A DNA stretch of 64,000 nucleotides from Candidatus Latescibacterota bacterium (GCA_965219385.1 CBDCNM010000002.1:96639-160638), one strand, 5' to 3'; positions 10,872 to 21,153 are shown, counted from the stretch's first letter. The notes: generated by a model from the sequence alone, not told the origin. Numbers and translations: made by a program.

Positions 10872-11149
10872 CCCTCCTCCTTTCAGGAGAGATGATAAAA
10901 AAGTGTCCACGATGTCCTGGCTATTGGGATGTATTAGACGGTCCACGATGTTGTGGCTACTCCAGTGTCCACGATGTCCTGACTATTGACAGCTACTAAT
11001 TTATTCGAGCGTTGTCCCCCAACGACTTACAGAGAAGGAATTGCTACTTTTGGCGGATTTTTTGGGCGTTTTGTAACAGCCTTTTACTGCACAAAGGAGC
11101 ATATTCCCCTCTGAGAAAATGGGGTCGGGAATAAATTAGCGCCCACTAG

Positions 11150-12675
11150 CAGGCCGTTGAAAAACCAGGGTTTTTGCACAATGCACTGTGGGATAGGACG
11201 GCACCGATCTTGAACCTCCATTTGCAAGCAAAGGTCTCGAAAGCACCCAGACCTTTGCTAATGCGATCCCAAGCCCGTTTGAGCCGGTTAGTAACGACGA
11301 AAAAGCCCGATATCAGGCCATGGAGACCCCTCGGAGTCCCCTTCCCGGTGATTTTGCGCATCACCAACCCCAGATTAAAAGCGCCGCCATGAATACACCG
11401 GCGTTTATAGATCTTGTCCTGACTGCGCAGGTGCGTGCGTCGCAGGCCCCCCGTTTCATAAGCGTGGGCGAAACTGCGTTCCGCGTACTCAGCGCGAAGC
11501 CGTTGCAGGGCGTGGCCACGGACCCCTCGTATGCGACGCCGATTGGCATACACGGCCGCCTTGGCCTGGGGATCATTCTTCCACTGGCGGCGCCCGCGAC
11601 CGGGTTCGGAAAGGTAGCTGCGGATCTGAGCGCGCTTCAACGTCTTGGCGGTGTAATTGCTGTGATAGCCCTTGTCCGTTACCACTTCGGTGAGCACGGG
11701 CGGCGGCGGCCGTCCTTTGTGAGCCGCCTCGGCGACCAGGCTCGCCTCCAGATTCATGGAGGCCTGCAGAGCAGACTCCAGGGCAGAGACGCCGTATCGC
11801 CCTCGTCAGCGCCGCACCCCTGAATCGCTACCAGGGCCTGGGTGTCCAGATCGATCGTATGCTCCGCCTTGTGCGCCAAGTGGGTACGCCCGTCTTTCAT
11901 CTTGGTAATGCGCGCCTCCGGGGCATGGGGGTGTTGCCAGTCCTGGTTGGAGCCTTTGTGCGCACGCTTCTGGTCGAGCTGGGCCAGATCCTGCCGCGTC
12001 GGCGTCTCGATGCCTTCGGCCTGGGCCAGCCCCTCCAGATAGGTGTGGTAGCTTTCCCCACTGTCGCGCCGCACGATGCGGCGCAGGGCGGCGTTGGCCT
12101 CCAGCGTGGTGGCGTCCACCGCCACTGTCTTCCCCTTGAGCAGGCCTTCCTGGGCCAGCACCTTCAGCACCCAGTTGAAGACCTCCTGATGCACCTCCAG
12201 CGGCAGGCGCTGACGAATGCGCGACCGGCTCGAATGGTCCGGTGTGGTCTCGGTCAAGGCGTAGCCCAGAAAGTGGCGCAAGGCCAGCGAATCGGCGACC
12301 CGCCCGTCCATGCCGCGCTCCGAGCCCAAGCCCTCGAAATAGCCGATCATGAGCATGCGGAAATAGACCCCGGGGGCAATACTGGGTCGTCCCAAGGTCT
12401 CCGCATAATAGGGGGCGCAGCGCGCTTCCACGAAGGCATCAAATCCATGCGATGCCAGCAGCTTATTGAGTTGGGCATAAAACGGATGCCCCGGCGCCTC
12501 GGGCAGGTCATGGGTCTGTACCCACATCTCCTGCTGCTGACTTTCTCGACGCTTGCTCATCGACATACAACAACCTCCTTCAGCTATTACTAATCTAGAA
12601 TAGAAAGAATAGACTTGTATGCCAAGTCGCCTATTTTTGATATAGCAGAACTTTTCAGCCTTTTTCAACGGCCTG
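11150..12675 (-). mobile_element. IS1182-family element copy 2 (transposase pseudogene)
   Basis: Same IRs. CTAG duplication (11146-11149, 12676-12679). Transposase 12566->11146 with a frameshift near 11770; its TAG stop comes from the target CTAG. Confidence 0.9.
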
Positions 12676-12699
12676 CTAGATAATGATGTGAATTTATAG

Positions 12700-14084
12700 A
12701 CTGGACTTTTGCAAACTCCGCTTTTTCACACAAGTTTTAGGTGTGCGACGATTCTCTCCTGCGTCCACCCTACTGTTATGGCCTGTTCGACCGCCCAGGA
12801 GATGGTTTTGCTGAGCGTCTCTCGCGACCCGGCTCGACAGGCCTCGCCAATGGTCGTCAGCACGCTATGAGCCCAGTCACGCGCACGGCCCTGCCGCATC
12901 CGTGCCATGAGCAGACGGTGCGTCAGCATCACGAGGTACCTATGGCGGGTCTGGCCCTCGCCGCTGCGTAACTGACCGTCTCCCATGCCCAGATGGTGCT
13001 TGCCGTCCCGATGAAAGGTCTCGGTGCCTGTCCAGCGTTTGCGATACACGTTCAGTATACGACGGATCTCCCAGGGCACGCGATGGGTCCGTAGAAACTT
13101 GACCGCTTCCCTGCCGTTCTTGCGATCCCACAGGATCACCAGGCGAACCCGGTGCTTGAGCTTGGGCAGACTCAGGGTTTTGGTGAAATACCATTGTTTG
13201 CGCTTGCCGATGTTGACCTGTTTGCGATCCCCGGGTGGGATATTCGCAGCCACTTCCGCGGCCCTCATCAGGCCGCCCTTGAACTCGACCTTGCGGTTGC
13301 TCTTCAGGGCCCCTACGTAGCCGCGCCCATGACTATGGATGTGATCGAGACACTCGACCCTGCTGAAGTAGCAGTCGAAGGCGAAATCGCCCGGGATCGG
13401 TCGGAACACGACCCAGTCCACCAGCGCTTTGAACCGCTCGGTATGGCTCTTGAAGGAGGGGTCCGTCTCCCCTTCCTGGCGCTTGCGAAAGCGACGGAAT
13501 TCCAACGGATAGTATTTCCCCGAGGTGCACACGTAGTTGGCGATGACGTAGTCGTGGGCAATCATATAGCGCTGGTCGGAGTGATCCCAAAACCAACCCA
13601 CGTCCTCGATCTTTTCTCCGCTGTGGCCGACCAAGGTGTTGTCGATGGCGATCACCCCGCGCGCCGAATAGCGCGTCGAGGGACGATCCTGCAACCATTC
13701 CAGGCGGTGTTCGTTGAGCCCTTTCCCGTCCCATCGCACCGGCGTAATCCAGCGGTTCAGGCAGGATTGATCGGTGGTCTCGACGAACTCGGCGTTGATC
13801 GCCGATACATTTTTGCGTTCGGCCACCATCAACCCGGTCAGATACTCGGCAAAGTGACGGCGCTCCGGGGCGTTGGCGAAGAGGCCGCCGAACGCTGCCA
13901 CCGCTTCTTCAACCACCGTGGGAAAATCAACAATACCTGGCATGAACAACCTCTCTCATGGCCAGGGGAAACGAAGGCGGGGGATGCCTTCGTTCTACCA
14001 AAAATACCAAGTTCCATCGAATTCGCGCTACCCTCTATCCTTGACCGATTATCCCAGGAATTCTGCCTTTTGCAAAAGTCCAGT
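12700..14084 (-). mobile_element. IS701-family insertion sequence
   Basis: 16-bp perfect IRs ACTGGACTTTTGCAAA (12700-12715, 14069-14084). ATAG duplication (12696-12699, 14085-14088). Confidence 0.88.
12726..13943 (-). CDS. IS701-family transposase (open frame, probably degenerate)
   Basis: HFAEYLTGL...DQSCLNRW...IAIDNT...FDCYF...YRKRWTGTETFHRDGKHHLG motifs, with several atypical substitutions. Confidence 0.8.
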   Translation of the reverse strand: MPGIVDFPTVVEEAVAAFGGLFANAPERRHFAEYLTGLMVAERKNVSAINAEFVETTDQSCLNRWITPVRWDGKGLNEHRLEWLQDRPSTRYSARGVIAIDNTLVGHSGEKIEDVGWFWDHSDQRYMIAHDYVIANYVCTSGKYYPLEFRRFRKRQEGETDPSFKSHTERFKALVDWVVFRPIPGDFAFDCYFSRVECLDHIHSHGRGYVGALKSNRKVEFKGGLMRAAEVAANIPPGDRKQVNIGKRKQWYFTKTLSLPKLKHRVRLVILWDRKNGREAVKFLRTHRVPWEIRRILNVYRKRWTGTETFHRDGKHHLGMGDGQLRSGEGQTRHRYLVMLTHRLLMARMRQGRARDWAHSVLTTIGEACRAGSRETLSKTISWAVEQAITVGWTQERIVAHLKLV

Positions 14085-14386
14085 ATAGACTATAAGCAAG
14101 GTTGAAATTGGTCAAAACAGCTACTACTGCAAAATTTAAATCATATTGTTTTAAGTTGTGCCGATATTTGTGATCTAAGATGGTATATTTTACGCGATGT
14201 GTGATTCTGTAAGTCCTTGTTTTTTATCGAGACGTTATTGGGGTCAAATTTCGCCCTGATTCGTAATTTTATAAAAATCAGTCACTTATAAAAAGTCACA
14301 CATCACGTTGTATCATAAAGTTATAGAAAAGTTATCTTCGAGTAAAGTTAAAAATAGCAGGGTCATTTGGTACCTTAAAAATTTTT

Positions 14387-14995
14387 GGCTCCTCCGGAGA
14401 ATCTGTGGGTGAAAGAGCCGGCTCGCCGACGGCATAGAGGAGGCCGAGGATAGCACCGGCGCATCATTCCCGGTATGTTGGGACGGTCCATCAATACCGA
14501 TCCCGACCTACCTTGGAGGGAATGATGCGCCTGATCACAGTACTGAACCGATGCACGAAGTTCAAGCGGTTTGTGTTTGAGGGGGGTCATTTTGACGAAC
14601 ACGGCAGGATCATGGTGAGCCTCAGGCCCCGCAAGAACTCCAGGGCGGAGTGCAGCGGCTGCGGTCCGTTGTCCCCCACCTATGACACGGCTACCGAGGC
14701 ACGGCTGTTCGAGTTTGTTCCGCTCTGGGGGTTCCCGGTCTTTCTGGTGTATCGCATGCGCCGGGTGGCCTGCAAAGCCTGCGGCCGGGTGGTCGTCGAG
14801 AAGGTCCCCTAGAGCACGGGCAAGCACCCCCTGACCGACCTCTACCGCTGCTTCCTGGCACCGTGGGCCAAGAAGCGGTCGTGGATCGAGGGGGCGCGCT
14901 CCTTCCGGACCCGTTGGGACCAAGTCTACAGTTCCGTCCAGTACGTCGTGGAATAGGGGCTCGCTCATCGCCGCCTCGACCGGGTCACGGCCCGG
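14387..14995 (+). mobile_element. ISL3-family remnant (left end and truncated transposase pseudogene)
   Basis: Begins GGCTCCTCCGGAGAAT after an AT-rich run. Translation MRLITVLNRC...CSGC...FEFVPLWG...RRVACKACG (zinc finger) has two in-frame TAG stops at probable Trp positions and is truncated near 14995. Confidence 0.82.
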
Positions 14996-15091
14996 CAGAA
15001 AGAACAAATCAACCTGAAGCCGAAGCGTATTTTACCGCGATGGAATTATACCATCGAATCTCGAAAAGACACGCACAAAAAGGAAAAGTGA

Positions 15092-15655
15092 TTTTTCGGC
15101 AAAGCCTTAATACTTTGTCCCGAATGTTTCGATTTTGCCCGCTCGCCGAGCCCTGATCGGTACTACATCGAAGCCTCTATCGATTGGGGTAGACAGGATG
15201 CTGAATTCCCCTGGAGCAGCGTGTCTGATCAAAAGAAGATCGTCTACTGTTCGCTGGGCTCCCAGAGTTATTGTTATGATAATGGCCGGGCATTTTTTCT
15301 ACGGGTGATGAACGCCTTCGAAGATCTGGAAGGCTACCAATTAATTTTATCTATAGGCGGAAACCCCGCCGCGGAAGATCTGCTATCGGCCCATGGGGAT
15401 ATGATAGTTATAAGGTATGCTCCACAGCTGGATATTCTCGGACGTGCTACTTTGATGATTACCCATGGCGGTTTGAATTCCATCAAGGAATGTATTTATT
15501 TGGGGGTGCCGATGCTGGTTTTCCCCGGACTCTACGACCAGTTCGACAATGCTGCCAGGGTGCTATATCACGGCCTGGGATACGTCGGCCACATGACCAG
15601 GACGGCGTCAAAAGAGATTCGCGCCATGGTACTATCCATAAAAAACTCATCGTCG
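15092..15655 (+). pseudogene. C-terminal fragment of a GT1 (UDP-glycosyltransferase/MGT-like) glycosyltransferase
   Basis: VYCSLGS...APQLDIL...ITHGGLNSIKECIYLGVPML...DQFDNAARV signature. The N-terminal half is missing and the 3' end runs into a MITE remnant. Confidence 0.75.
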
Positions 15656-15702
15656 AAACATCGTAAATATTTGGACCTCAAGCCCCGCCCGGCCGACCAC
15701 CG
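15654..15702 (+). repeat. Internally deleted remnant of the CAGTACTT MITE family
   Basis: TATTTGGACCTCAAG (one end of the MITE) is joined through a shared CAAG to CCCCGCCCGGCCG (the other end). Confidence 0.55.
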
Positions 15703-15735
15703 CGTAGCACTCTCAGCCGACCCGGTCAAATCCAA

Positions 15736-17040
15736 TCATGGTGCCTGCTCCAGGTGGGAAAGTTGGGACGGCGGAGGACCGCCGGTGGCCCAGTCGAGCA
15801 GTTCCACGGTGTGCACCACCGGCACATCGACACCGCGGCCGATTTGTTCGATGCAGCCGATATTGCCGGCAGCTATTAGCTGGGGCTGAGTGCGGGCGAT
15901 ATTCGCGACCTTGCGCTCGAGCAACTCGGCGGCGATCCGGGGTTTGAGCAGGTTGTAGGTACCGGCGCTGCCGCAGCACAGGTGGGCTTCGGGAACTTCC
16001 ACGATCTCAAAGCCGGCCTGCTCAAGGAGCCGCCGGGGTTGTTGTTTTACTTTCTGACCGTGTTGCAGGGAGCAGGCATCGTGGTAGGCCAGGCGCAACC
16101 CGGTTTTGTTTTTGATCTCTCCCAACCCGAGGTCATCCACCACTTCCGCTACGTCCTTCACCAGGGCGGTGACAGCCCGGGCCTTGGGGGCCAGTTCGGC
16201 ATGCTCGCGGAAGATGTGGTCGTATTCCCTGACAGCGGTGCCGCAACCGGAGGTGTTGAGCACGATGGCGTCCAGGCCCCCCGCCTGCATCTGCGCGTGC
16301 CAGACTTGGATGTTGTTGGCCATCAGCCCGAGGCTGTGGGAGCGCTCCCCCATGTGAAAGGTGAGGGCGCCGCAGCAGCCCATTTCCGGCGGGATCACTA
16401 CTTCCACGCCCAGGCGGGTGAGCAGGCGCGCGGTGGCGTCGTTGATGTGCGGCCCCAGGACCTGCTGGGCGCAGCCGGTGAGCAGGGCCATGCGGGCGCG
16501 GCGTTTCCCCTGGGCCGGGACAATGCCCGGGCGGGCCAGGGTGGCGCGGGCGGGAAGAGCGGTCGGCGCCATGTCCACAAGGTGGCGCATCCTGGCCGGA
16601 ACCAGGAAGCCGAACACCCGGCCCAGGCCGGCCAGGCGCAGGCTCAGGCGAAAGCGCCCGGGATGGGGCAGAAGGTAGGTAAGCGCAAAGCGGGTGAGGC
16701 GATCGAAAAGGGGGCGCCTGAACTGGGTTTCGAGCCGGGGCCGCGCTTCTTCGAGGAGATGGGAGTAGGTGACGCCGCTGGGACAGGTGGTCTCACAGGC
16801 CAGACATCCCAGGCAGTTGTCGATGTGTTCCACGGTTTTTTCCGTGATCTCGATCTGGCCCTCGAGCACGCTCTTGATCAGGTAGATGCGTCCCCGCGGT
16901 CCCTCCAGTTCGTTGCCGGTGAGCACGTAGGTGGGGCAGGTGGCATTGCAGAAGCCGCAGTGGACACAGGTACGCAGGACCTGCTCGGAAACCTGGACTC
17001 CGGGGTCTTGCAACAATTCGGGTGCAATAGTGGTGCGCAT
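15736..17040 (-). CDS. glcF: Glycolate oxidase iron-sulfur subunit
   Basis: CVHCGFCNATCPTY and CLGCLACETTCPSGV ferredoxin motifs, two CCG domains, YHDACSLQHGQ. Confidence 0.92.
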   Translation of the reverse strand: MRTTIAPELLQDPGVQVSEQVLRTCVHCGFCNATCPTYVLTGNELEGPRGRIYLIKSVLEGQIEITEKTVEHIDNCLGCLACETTCPSGVTYSHLLEEARPRLETQFRRPLFDRLTRFALTYLLPHPGRFRLSLRLAGLGRVFGFLVPARMRHLVDMAPTALPARATLARPGIVPAQGKRRARMALLTGCAQQVLGPHINDATARLLTRLGVEVVIPPEMGCCGALTFHMGERSHSLGLMANNIQVWHAQMQAGGLDAIVLNTSGCGTAVREYDHIFREHAELAPKARAVTALVKDVAEVVDDLGLGEIKNKTGLRLAYHDACSLQHGQKVKQQPRRLLEQAGFEIVEVPEAHLCCGSAGTYNLLKPRIAAELLERKVANIARTQPQLIAAGNIGCIEQIGRGVDVPVVHTVELLDWATGGPPPSQLSHLEQAP

Positions 17041-17041
17041 A

Positions 17042-18256
17042 TCAGCTCATGGCCTCCCGGTCGCGGATGCCCATCAGGTAGAGGATGCCGTCCAGACCCA
17101 GGGTTGAAATGGCCTGCTTGGCCCCTTCCCTGACCGCGGGTTTGGCGCGAAAGGCGATCCCCAGACCGGCGATGTTCAGCATGGGTAGATCGTTGGCGCC
17201 GTCGCCCACGGCGATGACCTGCTCCAGGCTGATCTTTTCCTGGCGGGTGATGGTTTTCAAAACCTCGGCTTTTTTTTCTCCATCGACGATCTCACCCACG
17301 ACTTTTCCGGTCACCCTGCCGTCGAGGATTTCCAGTTCGTTGGCACACAAATAGTCGATACCCAGTTGCGCCTGGAGGCAGCGGCCGAAGTAGGTGAAGC
17401 CTCCGGAGAGGATGGCGATCTTGTAACCCAGGGTTTTAAGGTTGGCCACCAGCCGCTCCGCCCCTTCGGTGAGGGGTAGCGCGGCGGCGATTTCCCGCAG
17501 GGCGGATTCGGGCAGGCCCTGCAGGAGTTTGAGCCTCTGCCTGAAGCTTTCTTTGAAGTCGATCTGGCCCTCCATGGCCGCGGCCGTAATCCCGGATACC
17601 TGCTCGCCGACCCGGGCGACCCGGGCCAGCTCGTCGATGATTTCCTGCTGGACCAGGGTAGAGTCCATGTCCAGGGCCACCAGTCTGCGGTTGCGGCGGT
17701 ACACGTTGTCTTCCTGAAAGGCGATATCCACCCCCAGCTCACCGGCGGCCTGCATGAATTTGGCGCGCATCCCGGCCGGGTCGGCGGATTGGCCGCAGAC
17801 GGCCAGTTCCACGCAGGCCCGCTGGCGGCGATTCTCGGGCTCCAGAGATAGGCGCTCAGAGAGGCGGGAGATATCATCGATATTGAAACCTGTGGACGAG
17901 ACAATGCCGGCGATGCGGGAGATTTGGGCCGCGGTGATCCGGCGGCCCAGCAGGGTGATGATGTAGCGCTGGTTTTCCTGCTGGCCGACCCAGGCCTGGT
18001 AGTCGTTGGGGGAGATTGGGGTGAAGCGCAGATCCACCCCCAGTTCATAGGCCCTGAAGACGAGGTCCTTGAGCACCGGGGAAGGCTCGGACTGCTCCGG
18101 GATTTCGATCAACAAACCCAGGGACAGGGTGTTGTGGATGACCGCCTGACCAATGTCCAGGATATTGATGTGGTACCTGGCCAGAATGGCCGTCAGCGAG
18201 GCGGTCAGGCCAGGCTTATCGGCTCCGGAGACATTGACCAGGATGATTTCGCTCAT
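17042..18256 (-). CDS. serB: Phosphoserine phosphatase with two ACT domains
   Basis: MSEIILVNVSGADKPG (ACT), HAD motif DMDSTL, SGGF, GDGANDLPML. Start reassigned to ATG 18256, overlapping the upstream stop. Confidence 0.95.
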   Translation of the reverse strand: MSEIILVNVSGADKPGLTASLTAILARYHINILDIGQAVIHNTLSLGLLIEIPEQSEPSPVLKDLVFRAYELGVDLRFTPISPNDYQAWVGQQENQRYIITLLGRRITAAQISRIAGIVSSTGFNIDDISRLSERLSLEPENRRQRACVELAVCGQSADPAGMRAKFMQAAGELGVDIAFQEDNVYRRNRRLVALDMDSTLVQQEIIDELARVARVGEQVSGITAAAMEGQIDFKESFRQRLKLLQGLPESALREIAAALPLTEGAERLVANLKTLGYKIAILSGGFTYFGRCLQAQLGIDYLCANELEILDGRVTGKVVGEIVDGEKKAEVLKTITRQEKISLEQVIAVGDGANDLPMLNIAGLGIAFRAKPAVREGAKQAISTLGLDGILYLMGIRDREAMS

Positions 18257-18726
18257 GCTTCCAGGGTTCCGTTGAGCCACCTGCAAAGGGCTTTGTGCGG
18301 CGCCCTGATCTCTTCGACCGAGGCATAGTAATAATCCTCCCAGCCCTCTTCGGGCAGGCCGGTGAAGAGCATCAGGTTGAGGGGGTAGCGTTCGCAGTCG
18401 GTGCACTTCCTGAAATCGTCCCTGAACAGGAAGGTCTTCTTGCCCAGGGCAATGGCCGCGCCCAGTTCCACCATGACGCCTTCGTCGGGCGGCGTGCCGT
18501 TGACGATGGCAAAGATGGCATCGGACTCAACGACGTCGCGCAGATCCTTCCGGCCCACCTCGTAGGCCCAGCCCGCCGCGGAGAAGTCGACCTGATTGTT
18601 GCGTGCAAAGGGCTCCCAGACCTCGGCCCCAAGGGCTTCGAGGGCGCGCACGAAGACCGGCAGGAGGAGTTGCTTGTGCTGGGTGGAGAAGCCGTAGGGA
18701 CTGGCCAGGTATATCTTCTTTTTCAT
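18253..18726 (-). CDS. Nucleoside 2-deoxyribosyltransferase family protein
   Basis: IYLASPYGF, PDEGVMVELGAAIA, NLML motifs. Confidence 0.85.
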   Translation of the reverse strand: MKKKIYLASPYGFSTQHKQLLLPVFVRALEALGAEVWEPFARNNQVDFSAAGWAYEVGRKDLRDVVESDAIFAIVNGTPPDEGVMVELGAAIALGKKTFLFRDDFRKCTDCERYPLNLMLFTGLPEEGWEDYYYASVEEIRAPHKALCRWLNGTLEA

Positions 18727-18809
18727 ATCACTCCCCAGGTCGTTGCCGCGGGCGCCGATGCCAAAGGTCCCCAGGGCGGCAAAATCCCGTGGGATTCCAG
18801 CGGCATAGT

Positions 18810-19039
18810 CAGTACTTCACGGAATCGGCGGGCGGGGCCGTGCGGGAATTGTGCCTCTGGCGTTTTATGATGCCCAGGGGGCTCTTGCCCCTCGCCGCCC
18901 TCCCAGGCAGGCCTGAGTCCCACAGCCCCCTTTCCCCGCTCCCTGCTGCTGCGCCGGCTCGCAGCCCCCACCGCCCTGCCGGCACCACCCCCTCCCGGCC
19001 TTGAGCTCCAGATAGGTACGGGTATTTCGTCAAGTACTG
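18810..19039. mobile_element. MITE, complete copy (230 bp)
   Basis: IRs CAGTACTTCACGGAAT / ATTTCGTCAAGTACTG. 5-bp duplication ATAGT (18805-18809, 19040-19044). Confidence 0.88.
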
Positions 19040-19300
19040 ATAGTGGTTCAAGTCGGCGATCCACTGATTATAGATAAAGGTAAGCTAGGTGCGCCTTTTG
19101 TCCAGGACCTCTAAGGTGGTAAATTCCGCCAATGGAATTTTTTGCTATATCTAAAACGATTTTATATTATGAATAAGCTCAACATGCTGTGGGAGAAGAG
19201 CCGGATCGAGTGGCTCTCCGGCGGGCGCCGCGTGGGGAAGAAACCCATCTGGATGCTCTGATCCAGCAATGCGATATGAAAGCCATTGGGTCCGTAATAG

Positions 19301-20383
19301 ATGTCGCCAGAACATATCTTCCAGGAAAACGTCCCCCTGGCGCCGTACACCACCATGGGGCTGGGGGGGATAGCCCGCTATTTTGCCAGGTGTCGATGTG
19401 CTGAAGAAATCCGCGATTATCTGGCCTGGGCCGCCAAGGAGGGGCTGCAGGTCCAGGTCCTGGGCGGCGGCAGCAATACCCTTTTTGCGGATGAAGGGTT
19501 TGCCGGACTGGTCCTAAAGGTAGATCTGCAGGGTGTGGTATACGAGGACGAGGGAGGGCGGGTCGAGGTGCGGGCGGGCGCCGGGGAAGATTGGGACGGC
19601 CTGGTGTACCGCTGTATCGAACGAGGTCTGGGCGGGATTGAGTGTCTGTCTGGCATCCCCGGCCTGGTGGGGGCTACCCCCATCCAGAACGTGGGCGCCT
19701 ATGGCCAGGAAGTGAAGGATACCATCACCCGGGTAGTGGCGCTGGACCGGGAAAAGCTCGAAACGGTCGAGTTCGAGAGCGGAGAGTGCGATTTCCGCTA
19801 TCGCCAGAGCCGTTTCAAGGGCGCGGATAGAGACCGCTACATCATCACAGAGGTGATCTATCATCTGCACCGCAACGGCCGGCCGCAATTGTGCTATCCC
19901 GAACTGCGGGACTATCTTGAAGGGCAGGTGGATCCGCAAGAGTTGGAGAGCGGCCGGTCGGCCCTGCGCGCTGTACGAGAGGCGGTTTTGCAGCTGCGGC
20001 GCAAAAAGTCCATGGTGATCGATCCGGTCGATCCAAACGCGCGTTCCGTGGGCTCTTTTTTCCTCAATCCGGTTTTGCCAAAAGCGGAATTCCACGACCT
20101 CGAGCAGCGCTGGCAGGCCGCGGGTGCACCGACTTCCATCCCCTCATTCGCGGTTCCCAAAGGCGTTAAGGTGGCCGCGGCCTGGCTGGTGGAACAGGCC
20201 GGATTCCACAAAGGCTATGGCCGCGGTGGAGCGGGGATCTCCGCCAACCACGCCCTGGCGCTGATCAATCGCAATGGCACCACCCGCGAGGTCCTGGAAC
20301 TGGCTGCTGAAATTCAGCGCGGAGTGGCAGAGAGGTTCGGCATACGCCTCGAAAGAGAGCCGGTCGTGGTGAAGTACACCTGA
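19301..20383 (+). CDS. murB: UDP-N-acetylenolpyruvoylglucosamine reductase
   Basis: LGGGSN, GIPGLVGATPIQNVGAYG, SVGSFFLNP, HALALIN motifs. Confidence 0.95.
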   Translation: MSPEHIFQENVPLAPYTTMGLGGIARYFARCRCAEEIRDYLAWAAKEGLQVQVLGGGSNTLFADEGFAGLVLKVDLQGVVYEDEGGRVEVRAGAGEDWDGLVYRCIERGLGGIECLSGIPGLVGATPIQNVGAYGQEVKDTITRVVALDREKLETVEFESGECDFRYRQSRFKGADRDRYIITEVIYHLHRNGRPQLCYPELRDYLEGQVDPQELESGRSALRAVREAVLQLRRKKSMVIDPVDPNARSVGSFFLNPVLPKAEFHDLEQRWQAAGAPTSIPSFAVPKGVKVAAAWLVEQAGFHKGYGRGGAGISANHALALINRNGTTREVLELAAEIQRGVAERFGIRLEREPVVVKYT

Positions 20384-20395
20384 AGGGAGAGCGTT

Positions 20396-21109
20396 GTGGC
20401 GAAGATATGGGTATTGCAGCATGTGCACTGCGAAAACCTGGGCATCATTGCTCAGGTTCTGCAAGGTTGCGGATTTGAGCCGCACTACGTGCAGACTTTT
20501 GCCGGCGAGCCCGTGCCCGAAGAGATGAAAGACGCGACCGGTCTCATCGTCATGGGGGGCCCCATGGGGGTGTACGATCAGGACCGGTATCCGTTTCTGA
20601 AAGACGAGATGCGCCTGATTGACCAGGCGCTCAAAGCCGAAAAGCCCGTGCTGGGCGTTTGTCTGGGAAGCCAGTTGCTGGCCGCGGTTCTGGGCGCCGA
20701 AGTAAAAAAAGGCAACGCCAAGGAAATCGGCTGGCACGGAGTCGAGTTGAGCGAAGAGGGTCGGGGCGACTGGTTGTGGAGCGGGGTGGAGTCGTCTTTT
20801 ATGGCGTATCAATGGCACGGGGATGTATTTGATCTGCCTGCGGGAGCGACGTCCCTGGCGTTTTCACAACTCACGTCCTGTCAGGCTTTTTCCTACGGAC
20901 GCAATGCCTATGGTTTGCTCTTCCACATGGAGGTTACCGAGAAGATCATCCAGGACATGGTCGATACCTTCGCGGAGGAGCTCCAGGAGGAAAACCTGGA
21001 CGGGCAGGAGATCCTGGCCCAGGCCGGCCAGCACCTGCCGGCCTTGCAGCGCCGGGGCCGTGCCTTTTTCCAGGCCTGGGCCGGTCTGGCTGTGGAGGCC
21101 ATGGACTGA
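20396..21109 (+). CDS. Type 1 glutamine amidotransferase
   Basis: GGPMGVYD, GVCLGSQL (catalytic Cys), WHGD, FHME. Confidence 0.9.
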   Translation: MAKIWVLQHVHCENLGIIAQVLQGCGFEPHYVQTFAGEPVPEEMKDATGLIVMGGPMGVYDQDRYPFLKDEMRLIDQALKAEKPVLGVCLGSQLLAAVLGAEVKKGNAKEIGWHGVELSEEGRGDWLWSGVESSFMAYQWHGDVFDLPAGATSLAFSQLTSCQAFSYGRNAYGLLFHMEVTEKIIQDMVDTFAEELQEENLDGQEILAQAGQHLPALQRRGRAFFQAWAGLAVEAMD

Positions 21110-21153
21110 ATCTGTACAAACATCCATTTTTTATGGGTATGAAACAAGAATCT

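Larger units (their letters stand above)
8009..10991 (-). mobile_element. IS481-family-like insertion sequence, interrupted by IS1182
   Basis: 26-bp terminal IRs TGTCAATGGCCACGACATCGTGGACA (8009-8034) and 10966-10991, with 3 mismatches. TGT...ACA ends. 6-bp target duplication GCTACT (8003-8008, 10992-10997). Confidence 0.88.

Noticed and set aside
10904..10991. Three ~21-bp repeats as a mini CRISPR array
   Set aside because: Spacers are very short and uneven, the repeats belong to the IS end, and there are no cas genes.
15221..15889. Intact 222-aa glycosyltransferase
   Set aside because: It lacks the N-terminal domain, and its tail reads through a MITE remnant into the antisense of glcF.
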